A stretch of 64,000 nucleotides of DNA from Eledone cirrhosa (Eukaryota), in the NCBI GenBank assembly GCA_964016885.1, contig OZ024750.1, positions 7,564,001-7,628,000 on the forward strand. Reading direction: 5' to 3'. The notes under the pieces were generated by a model, which was not told where the DNA came from, searched no databases, and was given only the letters and a program-made list of their open reading frames with translations. The number at the start of each line of letters is the position of its first letter. Positions within the stretch are counted from its first letter, which is position 1. The translations under genes and the position numbers were made by a program. Positions 41,592 through 56,309 of the stretch are shown here, piece by piece.

Positions 41592-41790
41592 GTTTTAATA
41601 TAGACGAGATTCTACAGGACCAGAACTGTTTCATTCTTTAGAAATCATCAGGAATCTCCTGATGATTTCTAAAGAATGAAACAGTTCTAGTCCTGTAGAA
41701 TCTCATCTATATTAAAACTTTTATACTCTGCTATGTATTGAGTACCTTACTTACTGTGGTTACCTCCGATTCAACCTGGAATAACGTACC
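41592..41790. mobile_element. Family A fold-back element with back-to-back hammerhead cores
   Basis: Palindrome centred ~41655; (TA)n on both sides. Confidence 0.92.
41606..41658 (-). ncRNA. Type I hammerhead ribozyme (family A), intact core
   Basis: Minus strand reads GAGATTC-CTGATGA-tTTCtaaaGAAt-GAAA-CAG ttctggtc CTG-TA-GAATCTC. Confidence 0.85.
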
Positions 41791-41800
41791 TATATATATA

Positions 41801-41895
<95 letters not shown>

Positions 41896-41897
<2 letters not shown>

Positions 41898-42026
41898 AAA
41901 AGAGTCAGGACCCCGACGGCTGAGCTCCGGCTGTTTCGACAGCTAGATCCGAACCTCTACTACCCTAAGTATCGAGTACTCTAGTGCGTTATGGTCCACC
42001 TGGTATCTTACCACACCTTCTTTGTT
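41896..42026. mobile_element. Family B' element (inverted short arm fused to 3' terminus)
   Basis: ggaaaagagtcaggaccccgacgg...agatccgaa joined to ctctactaccctaag...ccacaccttctttgtt. Confidence 0.88.
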
Positions 42027-42429
42027 TTATATATATATACATATATACATATATACATACACACACACATATATATATATATATGTGTTTGTATGTATGT
42101 ATGTGTACAAATGAATGCATGTATATATGTGCGTATATATGCTCCCATATAGGATGTGATTCTGCTGCTACGCACGAACATACAAAACATTCAATTGATT
42201 AGCAAAGATCTTCACTCACTCACACTACAACCTCTGGGCCATGGATGTACTGTTTCCACTTTTGTGTATATTCTGTCGTTATTATAAAACCCCCTACTTC
42301 TGTAGCTTGGGTTTATCTAACCGTATAAACCCCCGGTGCAGTCTACACTCCCCTCTTCTCCTCACACACAGTGAGTCCCTTAACCTCGTCCGACGCTTCA
42401 GTTAGTATTCTTCATGGGGTCATTACATG

Positions 42430-42760
42430 GTCAGATAGTTCGAAATTATTAGGTCCCCGGTTCCACTGCGTGGAATCTTGGGCAAAGTATCATTTACCAT
42501 GCCCAGTAGTCGGCTCCTACCTTGTCAGTGAATTTTTGTGGACTGAAACTGTTTGGAAGTCTGTTGGGATGAGTATATTTGAAATAAAAAAAAAAAGTCA
42601 GTATTGTAACGCATTATGTCACGTTCAATCTTCATGACAATTATGTTAAAGGTACACGTGTCTGTGGAATTGTCAACCACTCACACATTAAGTTTATGAT
42701 CAGGCTCTTCCGTTCTTCGAAATGTTGGAATGCTCATCGTCGAAACCGACGAAGGTCCAG
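42430..42760 (+). mobile_element. Degenerate SINE (second family)
   Basis: ccactgcgtgg..cttgggcaa...gtgaattt...gaaactg core plus a tail I recall from octopus repeats. Confidence 0.55.
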
Positions 42761-43199
42761 TCCTTTATAGTAATCTTTATATAATAGAATAAAACACAGT
42801 ATTTACAACTATTACTCACATTCAATGTTCAAATTAGCAATACTTAACAAAATGTAATATTAACTGCACCAGAATGTAATCATTTTTCATGGCCTATATA
42901 TAAATAATAAAGCTTATAATAATAAAGCTTAAACAATTATGCCACGTTAGCTATTATTATATGTAATTTTTGGCTATTATCACTTCTGGCTATTATCACT
43001 AACTGAAAAATCATATAATAATGCGTCCAGGCCTTAGGTAGAGGGGTGTGTTCGTAAAATATATTGCAGGCTTCATCTTATGCAGTAAATACTGGTGAAG
43101 TAGGCGAAGAAGAAGAAGAAATAATATCATGTTTGTATGCATTTATATATGTGTATATTATTATATATACACACTAAGTAGAATCACTACTTAGCCCTA

Positions 43200-43307
<108 letters not shown>

Positions 43308-43375
43308 GTACCTCAAACATTATGTCAGTATTTTACGTAGAAACAATTATGTCAGTGGTGAACGAGATTTTATAG

Positions 43376-43414
<39 letters not shown>

Positions 43415-43417
43415 TAC

Positions 43418-43465
<48 letters not shown>

Positions 43466-43476
43466 GCATACCCACG

Positions 43477-43514
<38 letters not shown>

Positions 43515-43524
43515 CATGCATACC

Positions 43525-43557
<33 letters not shown>

Positions 43558-43754
43558 TTCGTTTCTGAATTTGTTTAGCAAGATTCTTTATCTGAAAACG
43601 TGTGTTGAACCCGATATTGTTATGCTTTGGGAGGGTCATGTTGCCAATAAGAAACACACGCAACCGGAAATTTATAAATTTAATTTATAATAAATTGAAG
43701 TGAAAACAACTGGTGCGTGTGTTTCTTATTGGCAACATGACCCTCCCAAAGCAT

Positions 43755-43762
<8 letters not shown>
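43558..43762. mobile_element. Family F fold-back element
   Basis: 49-bp arms 43614-43662 and 43714-43762; related pieces at 44174-44207 and 56052-56118; (TA)n flanks. Confidence 0.8.
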
Positions 43763-43810
<48 letters not shown>

Positions 43811-44095
43811 TCTAACTTTAAATTTATACCTAATTGTGTATGGTTGACGGTATATTTAGTCGATTTCTACATGGTGTTGAAATGTTGGGTAAATATTCTA
43901 TTGCGGTCGGCTGCGAAGAGGCTGCTTTTGTTTATTTATCAAATATTTCTTCATAGGAGCCTTTATTCTTATAGCCTGGTCTAATTGATTTTTTATGCGG
44001 TTAATTATGCTAATTGGGAGAGGAAATAGTGTATATATTTTATCAAATGATTCTATGGACATAATTTATGATATATATATATATATATATATTTA

Positions 44096-44179
<84 letters not shown>

Positions 44180-44203
44180 ATGCTTTGAGAGGGTCATGAA
44201 ACG

Positions 44204-44313
<110 letters not shown>

Positions 44314-44574
44314 GAACATCTAGTTAACTGAAGTAACTTTGGGAAAATTTGAAATTTGAAATGTAGTTGTCACAACGCCAAAGACTATACTAATAGTAGA
44401 TCACTATAAATAGGAGTTGAGTGTTCGATTCCTTCCAGGCTCCTCAATCAACTTGGTTCCATTCTCCGGGGGTACTTTATCCAATATTCTCAATTATTAT
44501 TAAGAGTGATCGACTATTCTTATTATAGTCATTTACATTTCAAATATCACCCCTTCCACATATATAAATATATA

Positions 44575-44738
44575 ATAATAATAATAAATGTGAAGACTAA
44601 AACCCAAAAAGGGCTCGATAAGGATAAATATATATCAAATATATAAGAACCCTAGAGCAAATATTTATTAAAATAACAGATTAAAGTTTAGGGTGAAAGC
44701 ACCGATTCTCTGCTTAAACTTTAATCTGTTATTTTAAT
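44575..44738. mobile_element. Family C fold-back element
   Basis: Long arm on -; short arm gggtGAAAgca..tgcttaaactttaatctgttattttaat on +. Confidence 0.88.
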
Positions 44739-44773
44739 ATATATATATATATATGCAGTATATATATAAAAAT

Positions 44774-44847
<74 letters not shown>

Positions 44848-46216
44848 GTATGTATATAGGAGAAGAGCTGAATGTAGTTATCCGTTTGAGAATTTCTTTT
44901 CATTATTAATATTTTGATGTCTGTAGTAGAATTATGTATACAAACAAAACTAAGATTATTCTTATCAAATTTTGAAATAATATTTGTGATTCCTCAGAAA
45001 ATATTTATCTAATAAAGTAAAAAATAAGTGTAGTGACACTTAGTCTTATTTTAAAGTTGAATAGGGCATTAAACAAAATACTTTTACATTTTTTACTTTT
45101 TTTTCTATTAAAATAATTCATTATGAAATGAATTGTATCTTTAAAGTCACTGCATTTCAAAGCTCATTATAACAAGACCTTGCTATAATGAAGCGTTGAA
45201 ATGCAATGGTTCGAAGAATATAATGATTTTCTGCATTTCAGACATAGTGATATCTTAATATTCATGATTCTATGTAATTTACCAAAAGCAATTATTGCTC
45301 CGAAATCTAGTGATGGCCAATTTATAATTATAAGGAATATATCATTCATGAAATAGAGGGATTTTTTCGAAATTTATTCGAAACCCCCAAAACATTTGAA
45401 TGTTCTAGAAATGAATGTAGTTGATGAAGAGAAAGAAGTCGAAGTGATAACATTACTAATGAATTGAACTATATAGGGAAGGGGCTAGGGGAAGATGAAG
45501 TATTCATTAATTTAATTCTTCAAAGAAGGATGGGATCCAATTTGTAGGGAACTTGGGGTATCTCTCACAGAATTCATCAAATCAAATGAATTCTCTAGCA
45601 GCAGTTGTGAAAATGCCGCGGTGGATGGGCAGTATCGGTAGATATACACTTAGTTGACCCTTAAATTGTCTATTAAATATTTTATGTCTTTCAAAAACCA
45701 TAATCTATTTTACGAAAACATTTAAAGCTGATAATCCATTTGCAAAAGACTATATCATTTTGACCTTCGAATTCTTTTAAGTTAAGATTCAATAAATATT
45801 TATATGCTTTCAGCAAACATGAAAGATCACCAGTATCAAATTTGTCAAAATGTATATGGTTTTGAGAATTAATAACATCAGAAACTATAAAATTATTTTG
45901 AAGACACAGAAAGAGACGAGAATTTAAATATACAGAGTAACAATTGCAGCGATCTTTGAATTTCGGAGAAGATAGATATTTTGTTCAATAAAAATTCTAT
46001 AAAATCTCGTTCAACACTAACATAATGTTTGCTGTCATGAATCAATGTATTGTGAAATGTCTAATGGTTGAACGTCAGACAAAGTTGTAATATAAATATT
46101 TATGCTACAAATAAAAAATAATCTTTTGTTACTGTGAACATCACATAACATTTTTTATCACAATAAATCAAAAATTTCCGTTGAACTATTCCAAAATGTC
46201 TGCCTTGAATAATACT

Positions 46217-46326
46217 TGTTTCTATTTTAGGCACACGGCCAGCAATTACTCAGTACATTAGTGGTACTTTATTTTATCGACCCCGTAAGGATGAAAGGCA
46301 AAGTTAACCTCGGCGGGATTTGAACT
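46217..46326 (-). mobile_element. 5'-truncated SINE (main family)
   Basis: 14-bp TSD ccttgaataatact at 46203-46216 and 46327-46340. Confidence 0.92.
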
Positions 46327-46390
46327 CCTTGAATAATACTGTTGGACGGTTTTCTATTGTTAGTATGGATACTGAACGGTTATCATTGGT

Positions 46391-46427
46391 TGGAAATTCA
46401 CTGGATAGTCTATCCAGTGAATTTCCA
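46391..46427. repeat. Perfect 18-bp hairpin with 1-nt loop
   Basis: TGGAAATTCACTGGATAG-T-CTATCCAGTGAATTTCCA. Confidence 0.95.
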
Positions 46428-46613
46428 GCGAAAGCGTACCAATGTGTCTTGGTACCCTTGAAATATATATAATAAAATAAATATGGTTTTATAAATATAA
46501 TTTCCATTTATTTAATATCATTGAATATTTACTCCAGTAACTTGTTGAGTGCTCTAAATTAGTTATAAACATTTATATTTGTCGGACTTCCAACAAATTA
46601 AATACCCCTTCTA

Positions 46614-46675
<62 letters not shown>

Positions 46676-47061
46676 TACGTACACTATTTACAGTACAACA
46701 ACACCCCATTTTAATTAAACAACAATGTCGCCTTTTTTCGTCATTTACTTTGGACTTACATTTACAGATTAATATTCTCCTAATAAATCTTGTCGCGAAC
46801 AATATTGTCAGAACGAGGCAGTTTCAATAAACGGTGAACAAGCTATACATTTCCACATTATATTATTTACATAGCACAATGTTATTTTCTACAACGTTAG
46901 TTTAATCTTTTACGTGAAGTGGTTTAAATATATGCTTTCCAGATTTACTTCTGAAAGTCTGTTCCGGTTTAGGTGTTTGTTGTTTCGCTGGTACTATAGG
47001 AATGTGTATTTGTGCTTGTATCTGTATTTCGGTTTTGACTTCATGATCTGGAGTCTGTACA

Positions 47062-47160
47062 TACAAGGATCAGCTGATAGGTACATAGGCTGACTATGAA
47101 AGAAAGATTGATGCTAGAGCTGTGAAATCTTGCATGTATTAATCTCAAGTCTTCTTATTA
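47062..47160 (+). mobile_element. Mariner-like MITE end
   Basis: Shares tgatgctagagctgtgaaatcttgcatgtat with 5315-5400. Confidence 0.5.
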
Positions 47161-48426
47161 ACAAAAATCAGCATTAAGATGAATTTACAGGATATAGATA
47201 TTATTATACATATATATCAGGTCCGAACACAAAGGAACCAACCTCCCACTGTCACTGCCTCCAGGAACCATCATATGTTTCAACTTTCTGTTTGCATCAT
47301 CAATTTTGGCACAGTTCTTGTATGGCTCTGTGGTCTTCAGTGGTCATTAACCCATCTAACCTCTTACCATTCCTAATAACATTTTTAACCTTTTTGTTTT
47401 TACTAATTTCGCAAAAAAGCGTCTGCACTGTTGATATTCTTCTGTCGCTTTTGGAATTATTCAAATTGATGTTACAATTATGTGTCAAAAGATAAACATT
47501 TTCCGTTTTGGGTGCTTACATACAGCTGTATAATTAAATTTGTCTTCTTTTATTATGTTTAGTTCTCGTGTTGTCAAATTCAATTGATTTATGGCGGTCG
47601 TTATTTTTCTGACAGGAAGCCATTTTACGTTTCATGTAAACACAATAAAATTATGTCAAACATGTCCAAAATTGTCAGATTTCAAGTCTTCCTGTTAGGA
47701 AGAGACATTGAAAGTGATCCAGAGTGTTTTGTTTTCAGTTACACTTGGTAAAAAATACAAAATTCTCTGAGAGAGATTTGTAACACGATTGCCAACACAA
47801 TATCAGACCAAACAATATCAGACCCAAAAAATAACAACAGCAAGAATAATAGCAACAACACAGCAACTATAGCAATAACAACAACAACAATAATAGTAAT
47901 AATATTAACAATAATAATAATTATATTAACAAGGCACTTTCACAGTAATTACACTAATTTTAACTTTAATGTTGTCTTAATTCTGATATTAATTCCAACT
48001 TTGATTATCACGTTCCACTTCCAATCCCCCCACATACGCCCTATCTTCATTCCGTTTAATTTATTCTAATTTTCTTCAGCTTCCTTTAGCTCACTTCACT
48101 TTCTTCACGTCTAAGCTTCTCACTATATTTCTTCTCCTTCATTTCTCGCTTACACTGACCTGAACATCACGAAACTACAGCGACTACACTCTCCCCCATA
48201 CATACAAATACGTTACTTGAGATACACCAACGCATTAAATCCATTTTAATGTATTGCTGGTAGCTTGTAGTACATTTTTATCAACACTCCCGAGGCAAAA
48301 AAAAAAAATAACAGCAAAAACATCAACAAAAACAATAAACAAAACAAGGCAACAACTGCAAATCTGGTAACGAGTTGATGAGAATAAAAAAATCTTGCTG
48401 GCGGTGGTAAGGTTTCACACAATTAT

Positions 48427-48735
48427 AATGATGATGATGATGCTGTTGATTGTCAATAATAAGGATGATGATGATGATGATGATTGTTAATAATAATGAT
48501 GATAGTAAGGATGATGATGATGATGATTGTTAATAATAAGGATGATAGTAAAGATGATGATGATGATGATTGTTAATAATAAGGATGATAGTAAGGATGA
48601 TGATGATGATGATTGTTAATAATAAGGATGATAGTAAGGATGATGATGATGATGATGATGATTGTTAATAATAAGGATGATAGTAAGGATGATGATGATG
48701 ATGATGATTGTTAATAATAAGGATGATAATAAGGG

Positions 48736-48768
<33 letters not shown>

Positions 48769-48875
48769 CGATGATGATGATGCTGTTGATTGTTAATAAC
48801 AAGGACGATGATGATGAGGGCGATGAAGAAAGTGATGAGAATAATGATGAAGACGCTGCTAGCGGCGTTGCTGTC

Positions 48876-48913
<38 letters not shown>

Positions 48914-49210
48914 CGACGACGATGATGATGATGATGATGGTAACGATGATGATGATGGTGACGATGATGGTGATGGTGATGGTGATAGTGACGACGATGA
49001 TGATGATGATGATGGTGACGATGATGATGATGGTGATGATGATGGTGATGATGATGGTGATGGTGATGGTGATGGTGACGATGATGATGATGGTGATGGT
49101 GATAGTGACGGCGATGATGATGATGATGATGGTGACGATGATGATGATGGTGATGGTGATGGTGATGATGATGGTGATGGTGATGGTGATGGTGATGGTG
49201 ATGGTGATAG
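48427..49210. repeat. (GAT)n-based minisatellite and microsatellite
   Basis: Units of (gat)n-tgttaataataaggatgatagtaag followed by a (GAT/GGT/GAC) tract. Confidence 0.93.
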
Positions 49211-49764
49211 TTATGTTCGCTTGATCTTGTAGCAACAATCTCTGACACTACACAAGACATCAACAGAGAAGAAGTGAAATTACTTATGACAACTCCTAAA
49301 AATATAGCATGAAATAAAGATTATCTTAGAAATATTGATGGAGGTTGTAACACATAACATAACAACACATACAGATATACACACATACACACATATACAC
49401 ACATACACACACACACACACACACACATATATGCACATGTACATACACACATATACACATATACAGACAGACACACACACACACACACACATATATGCAC
49501 ATGTACATACACACATATACACATATACAGACAGACACACACATATACACATACACACATACAAACACACAAGCACATACACACATATACACATATACAT
49601 ACAGGCACACACATATACACACATACAAACACACAAGCACATACACACATATACACATATACATACAGACACACACATATACACATACACATACACACAT
49701 ATACACATATGCATATACGCACATATACACATATTCCACCAAACAGTGAGTGTGTCCTGTCGTT

Positions 49765-49872
49765 ATCCCGCCGAGGTTGACTTTGCCTTTCATCCTTACG
49801 AGGTCGATAAAATAAAGTACCAGTAATGTATTGGGTATTTGCTGGCCTTGTGCCTAAATTAGAAACAATTAT
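49765..49872 (+). mobile_element. 5'-truncated SINE (main family)
   Basis: atcccgccgaggttgactttgcc...agaaacaattatt. Confidence 0.88.
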
Positions 49873-49918
49873 TTCTGGCAATATTATTACAACAATATGA
49901 CCCTCCCCAAGTATAACA

Positions 49919-49958
<40 letters not shown>

Positions 49959-49960
<2 letters not shown>

Positions 49961-50164
49961 CGAAGTTATAAATGTGGTAAGGAACCAGGTGGACCATAAC
50001 GCACCAAAGTACTCAATACTTAGGGTATTAGAGTGGGTAATAGGAACGAGTAGGACCCCGACAGCTGAGCTCAAGCCGTTTCGACGGCTGAAAAAAAAAA
50101 AAAGTTTTTTTTTTTTGAGCCGTCGAAACGGCTTGAGCTCAGCCGTCGGGGTCCTACTCGTTCC
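49959..50164. mobile_element. Family B fold-back element with an A13-G-T12 centre
   Basis: Same arms as the 26271 copy; homopolymer centre at 50091-50116. Confidence 0.9.
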
Positions 50165-50194
50165 TATATATATATATGTGTGTGTGTATATATG

Positions 50195-50437
50195 ACATAA
50201 GAAGACTTAATAATCATCACTCGAGGGCGGCTGCCCGGGCTAGAAGCTGCTAAATGTTCGGTCGCCCTCATGTCTCTGATTTTCAGCCCCATGGATTTTG
50301 TCTATTATATTCTTATGTTATATTTCGAATACCTGATGATGTCACCGGATTCATACTGAACCCGGTCATTGAAATGATCAGAGTGTAATAAACCTTTTAA
50401 GGAATTACACCAGTCCAGCCACCTGTTATTTTATAAT
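50195..50437 (+). mobile_element. Family D element; hammerhead mutated at the cleavage triplet
   Basis: CTGATGA at 50333, GAAA at 50371, then TGATCA-GA-GTGT. Confidence 0.85.
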
Positions 50438-50438
50438 A

Positions 50439-50544
<106 letters not shown>

Positions 50545-52000
50545 CACACACACATACACACATATATATTTATGTGTGTGTGTGTGTGTGTATATATATT
50601 TATAATATATACATGTATCTGTGAGTGCAGATATTTCACAAAGCACTGTTACAGCAGTATTCAGGATTTTGGCATAAGTAAGTAGGTTTAAGAACAAGTC
50701 AATTTAGGGAAAATTAAGTCAGAGAAGTAGAAAGAAAGACGAGAAAGATAAAAGAACACACGTTACTTCATAGAAACATTCTCAGGTGCTTGAAGAAAGA
50801 TGAGGACTCTTGAAATTAGTTTCACAAAGATGCCACAAAGAACTCTTTGAAGCTGAGTCATTTGAAAGATAGCATCTAAGATATGTAAAAAGAAGTGTTT
50901 AATTCTTTTTGTAGGAACGGACGATGTATATATGTGTCCTTTGATTAGCTGACACATTTATTTCTTTGCTGTCTTTCGTGTCAATATCACCTCAATCACT
51001 ATCATTGTCGTCGTCACCATCGTCGTTTGATTCTAGCCACAGATTGCTACAATTTCTAAACATTACCGCCTTCTTGAATATTACCTACCTCCTTCTTGAA
51101 TATTACCTACCATTGCCATCGGTGGGATTTCAATTCCTATGAAGAATATAAACACTGAGAGCATAGTCGGAAAAGACACCACAAAGCAGCTAGTCGGAGG
51201 CTCTAGCAACTCTTTAAATCCACTACTCCAGGCCTGGTACTTCATCCCCGAAAGAATGAATCACGATCTCCACCTCGATATGATTTAAACCGACGCCTTA
51301 ATAACTCTTCCAAATAAATCATGTGTCTGCAAACCACATAAGCTTATGGTAACTAGTCTTAGAAATTTGAAAACTTCCTCTAACAGAACTGAATATCACA
51401 TGTCTATGACTATTTGTAGCTAGCAGGTTTTGCATTGTCACAACCCTTCCCTTTCGTTTTATTTTCTAATAAACTTCAAACTGCTCTTATAGAAATACGT
51501 AAAGATTTTGATTTTCAAACTTTTCAAAATGTAATGCCTAGATTCTGTTGAGGTTTATAAGCACAAAGCTTTGCTGTTGCATTTTTATAGAATAACCTGA
51601 TAATTGTCTGTGTTTAAATCCATACTGAAATATAAAAAAAGGAGACACATGAAAAGTGTAAGCCTTTTTCATATTGCTAAAAGATGACGACATATTTCCT
51701 CAACCCTTTTGTGTTTGGTTGAAGATTATAGATGTAAAAATCAAGTGTCTTTTTGGACACCTTGTGTAATTTCTATACGAATGTCTGTGCCATAATTATT
51801 TATTATCATAGAACTTAGCTCAATGAAAACCATATTCTACTTCAATCCGTCCTTATGCCATAAATTCCTATTTTGCCAATTATCAGAATGATTTGCCTCA
51901 CGCGACTCTTATCAATTATAGAAACAGAAAACCATCATTGCAAATGAAGAACAGTATTTAATATCATTATAAAATACTACAATATCATTATATAATACTA

Positions 52001-52185
52001 AGGGCGGTGAATTGGCAGTATCAGTAGAGGGTTGGACGCCATGCTTTCTAGCATAGTTACGTCCTTTTACGGTTTGAGTTCAAATCCCGTCGAGGTTAAC
52101 TTTGCCTTTCATCCTTACGGGGTCGATAAAATAAAGTACCAGTAATGTACTGATAATTGCTGGCCTTGTGCCCAAAGTAGAAACA
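52001..52185 (+). mobile_element. tRNA-derived SINE (main family)
   Basis: Full length; flanked by attat.aatacta repeats. Confidence 0.92.
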
Positions 52186-53469
52186 ATTATAAAATACTAC
52201 AACGCATATCCCTTCCAAGTTAAATTTGCCGTCTATCCCCCCTCGATAGATGACGTAGAAAACCAAATCCGCGTTGCTTTCTAGTTGATCTACTATCATT
52301 CCCTCTAAACATTTGAGGTTTTATATTAATGGGAAAAGTATTAACTTTTAGCAATGAAAATATTTCGCATGATTGACTTTCTATTATCATCAGCGTACAG
52401 ACTTAATAACTACGCCGATATATCACTAGTCTATCATCTGACATTAGATTAAACTGTAGACATTTCCTTGTATTAATTAGGTATAAGCTTAACTTTAAAT
52501 AGATTAATTCCACACGATTTTGTAAGCACATGCGTTATGTAATGGGAAATAATTATAGGACGTTGGTTAAGTTGGCGAAGATATTGAGAAAATGTATGAG
52601 TATATGCTACCCTGATTTATCTACAAGTTACTAGCATTTGTGTTTGATCCATAGTTTCATATTAAAATGAGAAGATTTTGAAACATTTAGTTATAGGCTG
52701 CTTTGCCTAAGAATTTGGTGTTACAATTATTTGGGGACAGTCTCCTAATTGAGGATAATTTTCTCCCGCAAACACATGGAAAAAAAAGAAGAAAAACGTC
52801 ATTGGCACTGCTTGTTTTCCTTCGTAAACTAAACTATACAGTTCAGAATGTTTTATTGTAATAAGACGTCTGATGTAGACTTCAAATCTTGTTTCTATTG
52901 GTAAGAAGAAACCAAGTGAGAAGAAAGTAAAAAGTTAGTGAGAAAGGTGATTCTTAAACGTATCCTATCTAGATACCTGCAAGACAAAATAAACCTAAAC
53001 TTCTAAAGTGTTGTGAATTCTCATTTTCTATTTGGTGATCTACTGCAATGTGTCTTTTGGCAAGAACTGACATTTTTGTGTAACATTTCCAAGTTACAAA
53101 ACAAGTAGGAAAACAACCGAAAGCGATTAGATATTGACAATTATTTCTATGGTTTGGGATTTATAAATCGTTTGATTCAATAGAGAAGCTTGCAGTGATG
53201 ACTTCATCTCTTTCTGGACATGTATTATTTCAACTAAGCTAATTTACTGAAAGAAGAGAAAGAGAGTCATGTGTGATGCTCAATTCACTCGGAATAGAAG
53301 TTGAATATCCGTGAAATATTACTCTATCATTTTGCGAAAAGAAAGGAGACAGTGGATAATGTAGTCCTACATATTCCAATGAAAGATATAGTGATAGCTG
53401 GAATACATTTCAATACCAAGAACCTAAGATATACTACGTACAGATGACAACAGCACCATACAGCGGATT

Positions 53470-53640
53470 AAAGAAGCTGGGCTCTTCCAGCGCATCTCCC
53501 TTACCATCCTCCGAGGAAACGCCATCTCCATTCTGTCGGTCGGAGCTTTGGGGTGGCCAGCACGTTGGACCCCATTTGCTCACCATACGGAGAGATGGGG
53601 CGATGACAGTGGGAGTTCGGCTCTTCCGTGTTCGAACACA
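53470..53640 (+). pseudogene. CRE-like non-LTR retrotransposon C-terminus
   Basis: LFQRISLTILRGNAISILS (53482-53538) matches the QRISIAIQRGNA motif; later DSGSSALPCS resembles DSAPLPCS in the 40 kb copy. Confidence 0.75.
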
Positions 53641-54905
53641 TTGCACCTGTCAAGAGTGTATATTGATGTACATCATTAGCATGTAGAAGGGAGACTGATA
53701 TGCTTGGTCTTCCACAAACAAACTTGCCCGGACTAAATTCAATTATTCCCCAGTATATTGGTAGTTATTAATTTTATCAAATCAACGAGGTAATGTCGTC
53801 TGACAGTATTTTAACTCTAAACAATTAGGTATTAAATCTTAAACATCTAGACAAATATTTTTCTGCCTTAAATATCCCCAATAGGCTGAATGTATATCGA
53901 TTACCTTTGTCCAAACATAAACTCTAACTATTCTTCAAATCTATATATTGATATCGATTCAATTTACTGTGGCACTTACCATGAGACAAAATGTCTTGCA
54001 GTATTTGTTACGGTTCATTACAGCATTAGTTCAAATAACGCCAAAGTAAACTTTGGCGTTATTTGTGGTGAGATGGGATGACAAGATTAATCTCTTATTC
54101 CCTCTCTATATCCCCTAGTTCCTGGGCCCCTAATGCTGGTTATGTTGACGTCAGAATGATCATCAGAGATAAAGTCAAGCTCAGTGAGAATTGAAACCGT
54201 AACATTGAGAACTGAAACTAAATACATTGAATCACTTCTTTTCAGCGTTCTACAGTTTCTGCTCTGTCGCACTGTAAATGAATAAATTCGCCATGTTGTT
54301 TATTTAGCTAGTGCCTCTCAGAAGTGTTAGATTCTTAAAACAAATTGAATAATTTGCAATTTTTTTTTTATCCTTCTACTTTTATCCTAATCACATCACT
54401 CGGCTAATTGCCGCTCTCTTCAGAATGTTGTTCGCCATATTGACTCGCCCACATTTTCTCCAGTCATCTCTTATATTTCTTTGTTTATATCTTATAGACA
54501 CTTGTACGTTCACTCATATATAGCAGAAGCCAAACACAATCCCAATTAAAGAAAGACGTTCGTTTCGTAATTTATTTTATTTATTTCATAAATGTTATAA
54601 TAGAAAATATAATAAAACAGATCATTATTATTACATCATTATTGAGAAGTTAGACTTAAAAAATGTCTTCTCATTTACGTCTCCTGAGTAACCAACCACA
54701 CACAGGTTGACGAACACACACACACACACACACACAGCGGTTGACAAATTCACACACAGATACACACACACATACACACACAGGTTGACAAATACACACA
54801 CAGATACAGACACACACAGGTTGACAAATTCACACACACAGATACACACATACACACACAGACTCACAGACAATATCTGATAATGTTGGCAATGACTATA
54901 TATAA

Positions 54906-55094
54906 CAATTGTTTCTACTTTTGGCACAAGGCCAGCAATTATCCCAGTGTATTACTAGTACTTTATTTTATCGACCCCGTAAGGATGAAAGGCAAAGTTA
55001 ACCTCGGCGGGATTTGAACTCAGAATGGCAAGGGCCGTAACTCTATGGGTCAAAGCATGGCGTCCGACACTCTACCGATACTGCCAATCCACCG
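54906..55094 (-). mobile_element. tRNA-derived SINE (main family)
   Basis: Full-length reverse-complement match. Confidence 0.92.
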
Positions 55095-55345
55095 ATAATA
55101 ATGTTGGTAACAACTATACAGTATATATGATAATGTTGATAATGATAATATATAATAATGTTGGTAACGATAATATATAATAATGTTGGTAACAACTATA
55201 AAGTATATATGATAATGTTGGTAAAGATAATGTATAATAATGTTGGTAACAACTATAAAGTATATATGATAATGTTGGTAACGATAATGTATGATAATGT
55301 TGGTAACAACTATAAAGTATATATGATAATGTTGGTAACGATATA
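55095..55345. repeat. Tandem repeat (~57 bp, sub-unit ataatgttggtaac)
   Basis: Direct inspection. Confidence 0.88.
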
Positions 55346-55733
55346 ATATCATATTGCTAGTAGATAACATGGCAACTATTTAAAGCAACTGGAATTATCT
55401 GATAATGATGAAAAATGGCAGAAAATGATGAAAAATGGCAGTGACTGAAAGTTATGGAAAACATATGACAAACAGTAAAATTATATGAAACTCAACGGCA
55501 ATGAATACAATTGATCGTCTACTACGCCTGGCTATCAATGATTATATTGGATTATGACTAACAATACGTGACAATGGTTGTGAATGAAATCATTTTTAAT
55601 GATTAACGTAAAATAACAATAAATGAGAAATGATTGTTAGTTGCCTGGCAATAACTTGACGTTGATTAAGAAAAAGAAGGGATATAACTAATTCAAAAAT
55701 AAAATTGGTTTATCAAGCGCAAAGTTCCAATGT

Positions 55734-55948
<215 letters not shown>

Positions 55949-55960
55949 GCACACAAACAC

Positions 55961-55992
<32 letters not shown>

Positions 55993-56117
55993 ATATATAT
56001 ATATATGCGTATATATATATATGTGTGTATATATATGTACATATATATATATGTTGTTATGCTTTGGGAGCTTCATGTTGCCAATAAAGAATCTTGCTAA
56101 ACAAATTCAGAAACGAA

Positions 56118-56211
<94 letters not shown>

Positions 56212-56249
56212 GTATATATATATATGTATATACATATATATTCATATAC

Positions 56250-56309
<60 letters not shown>

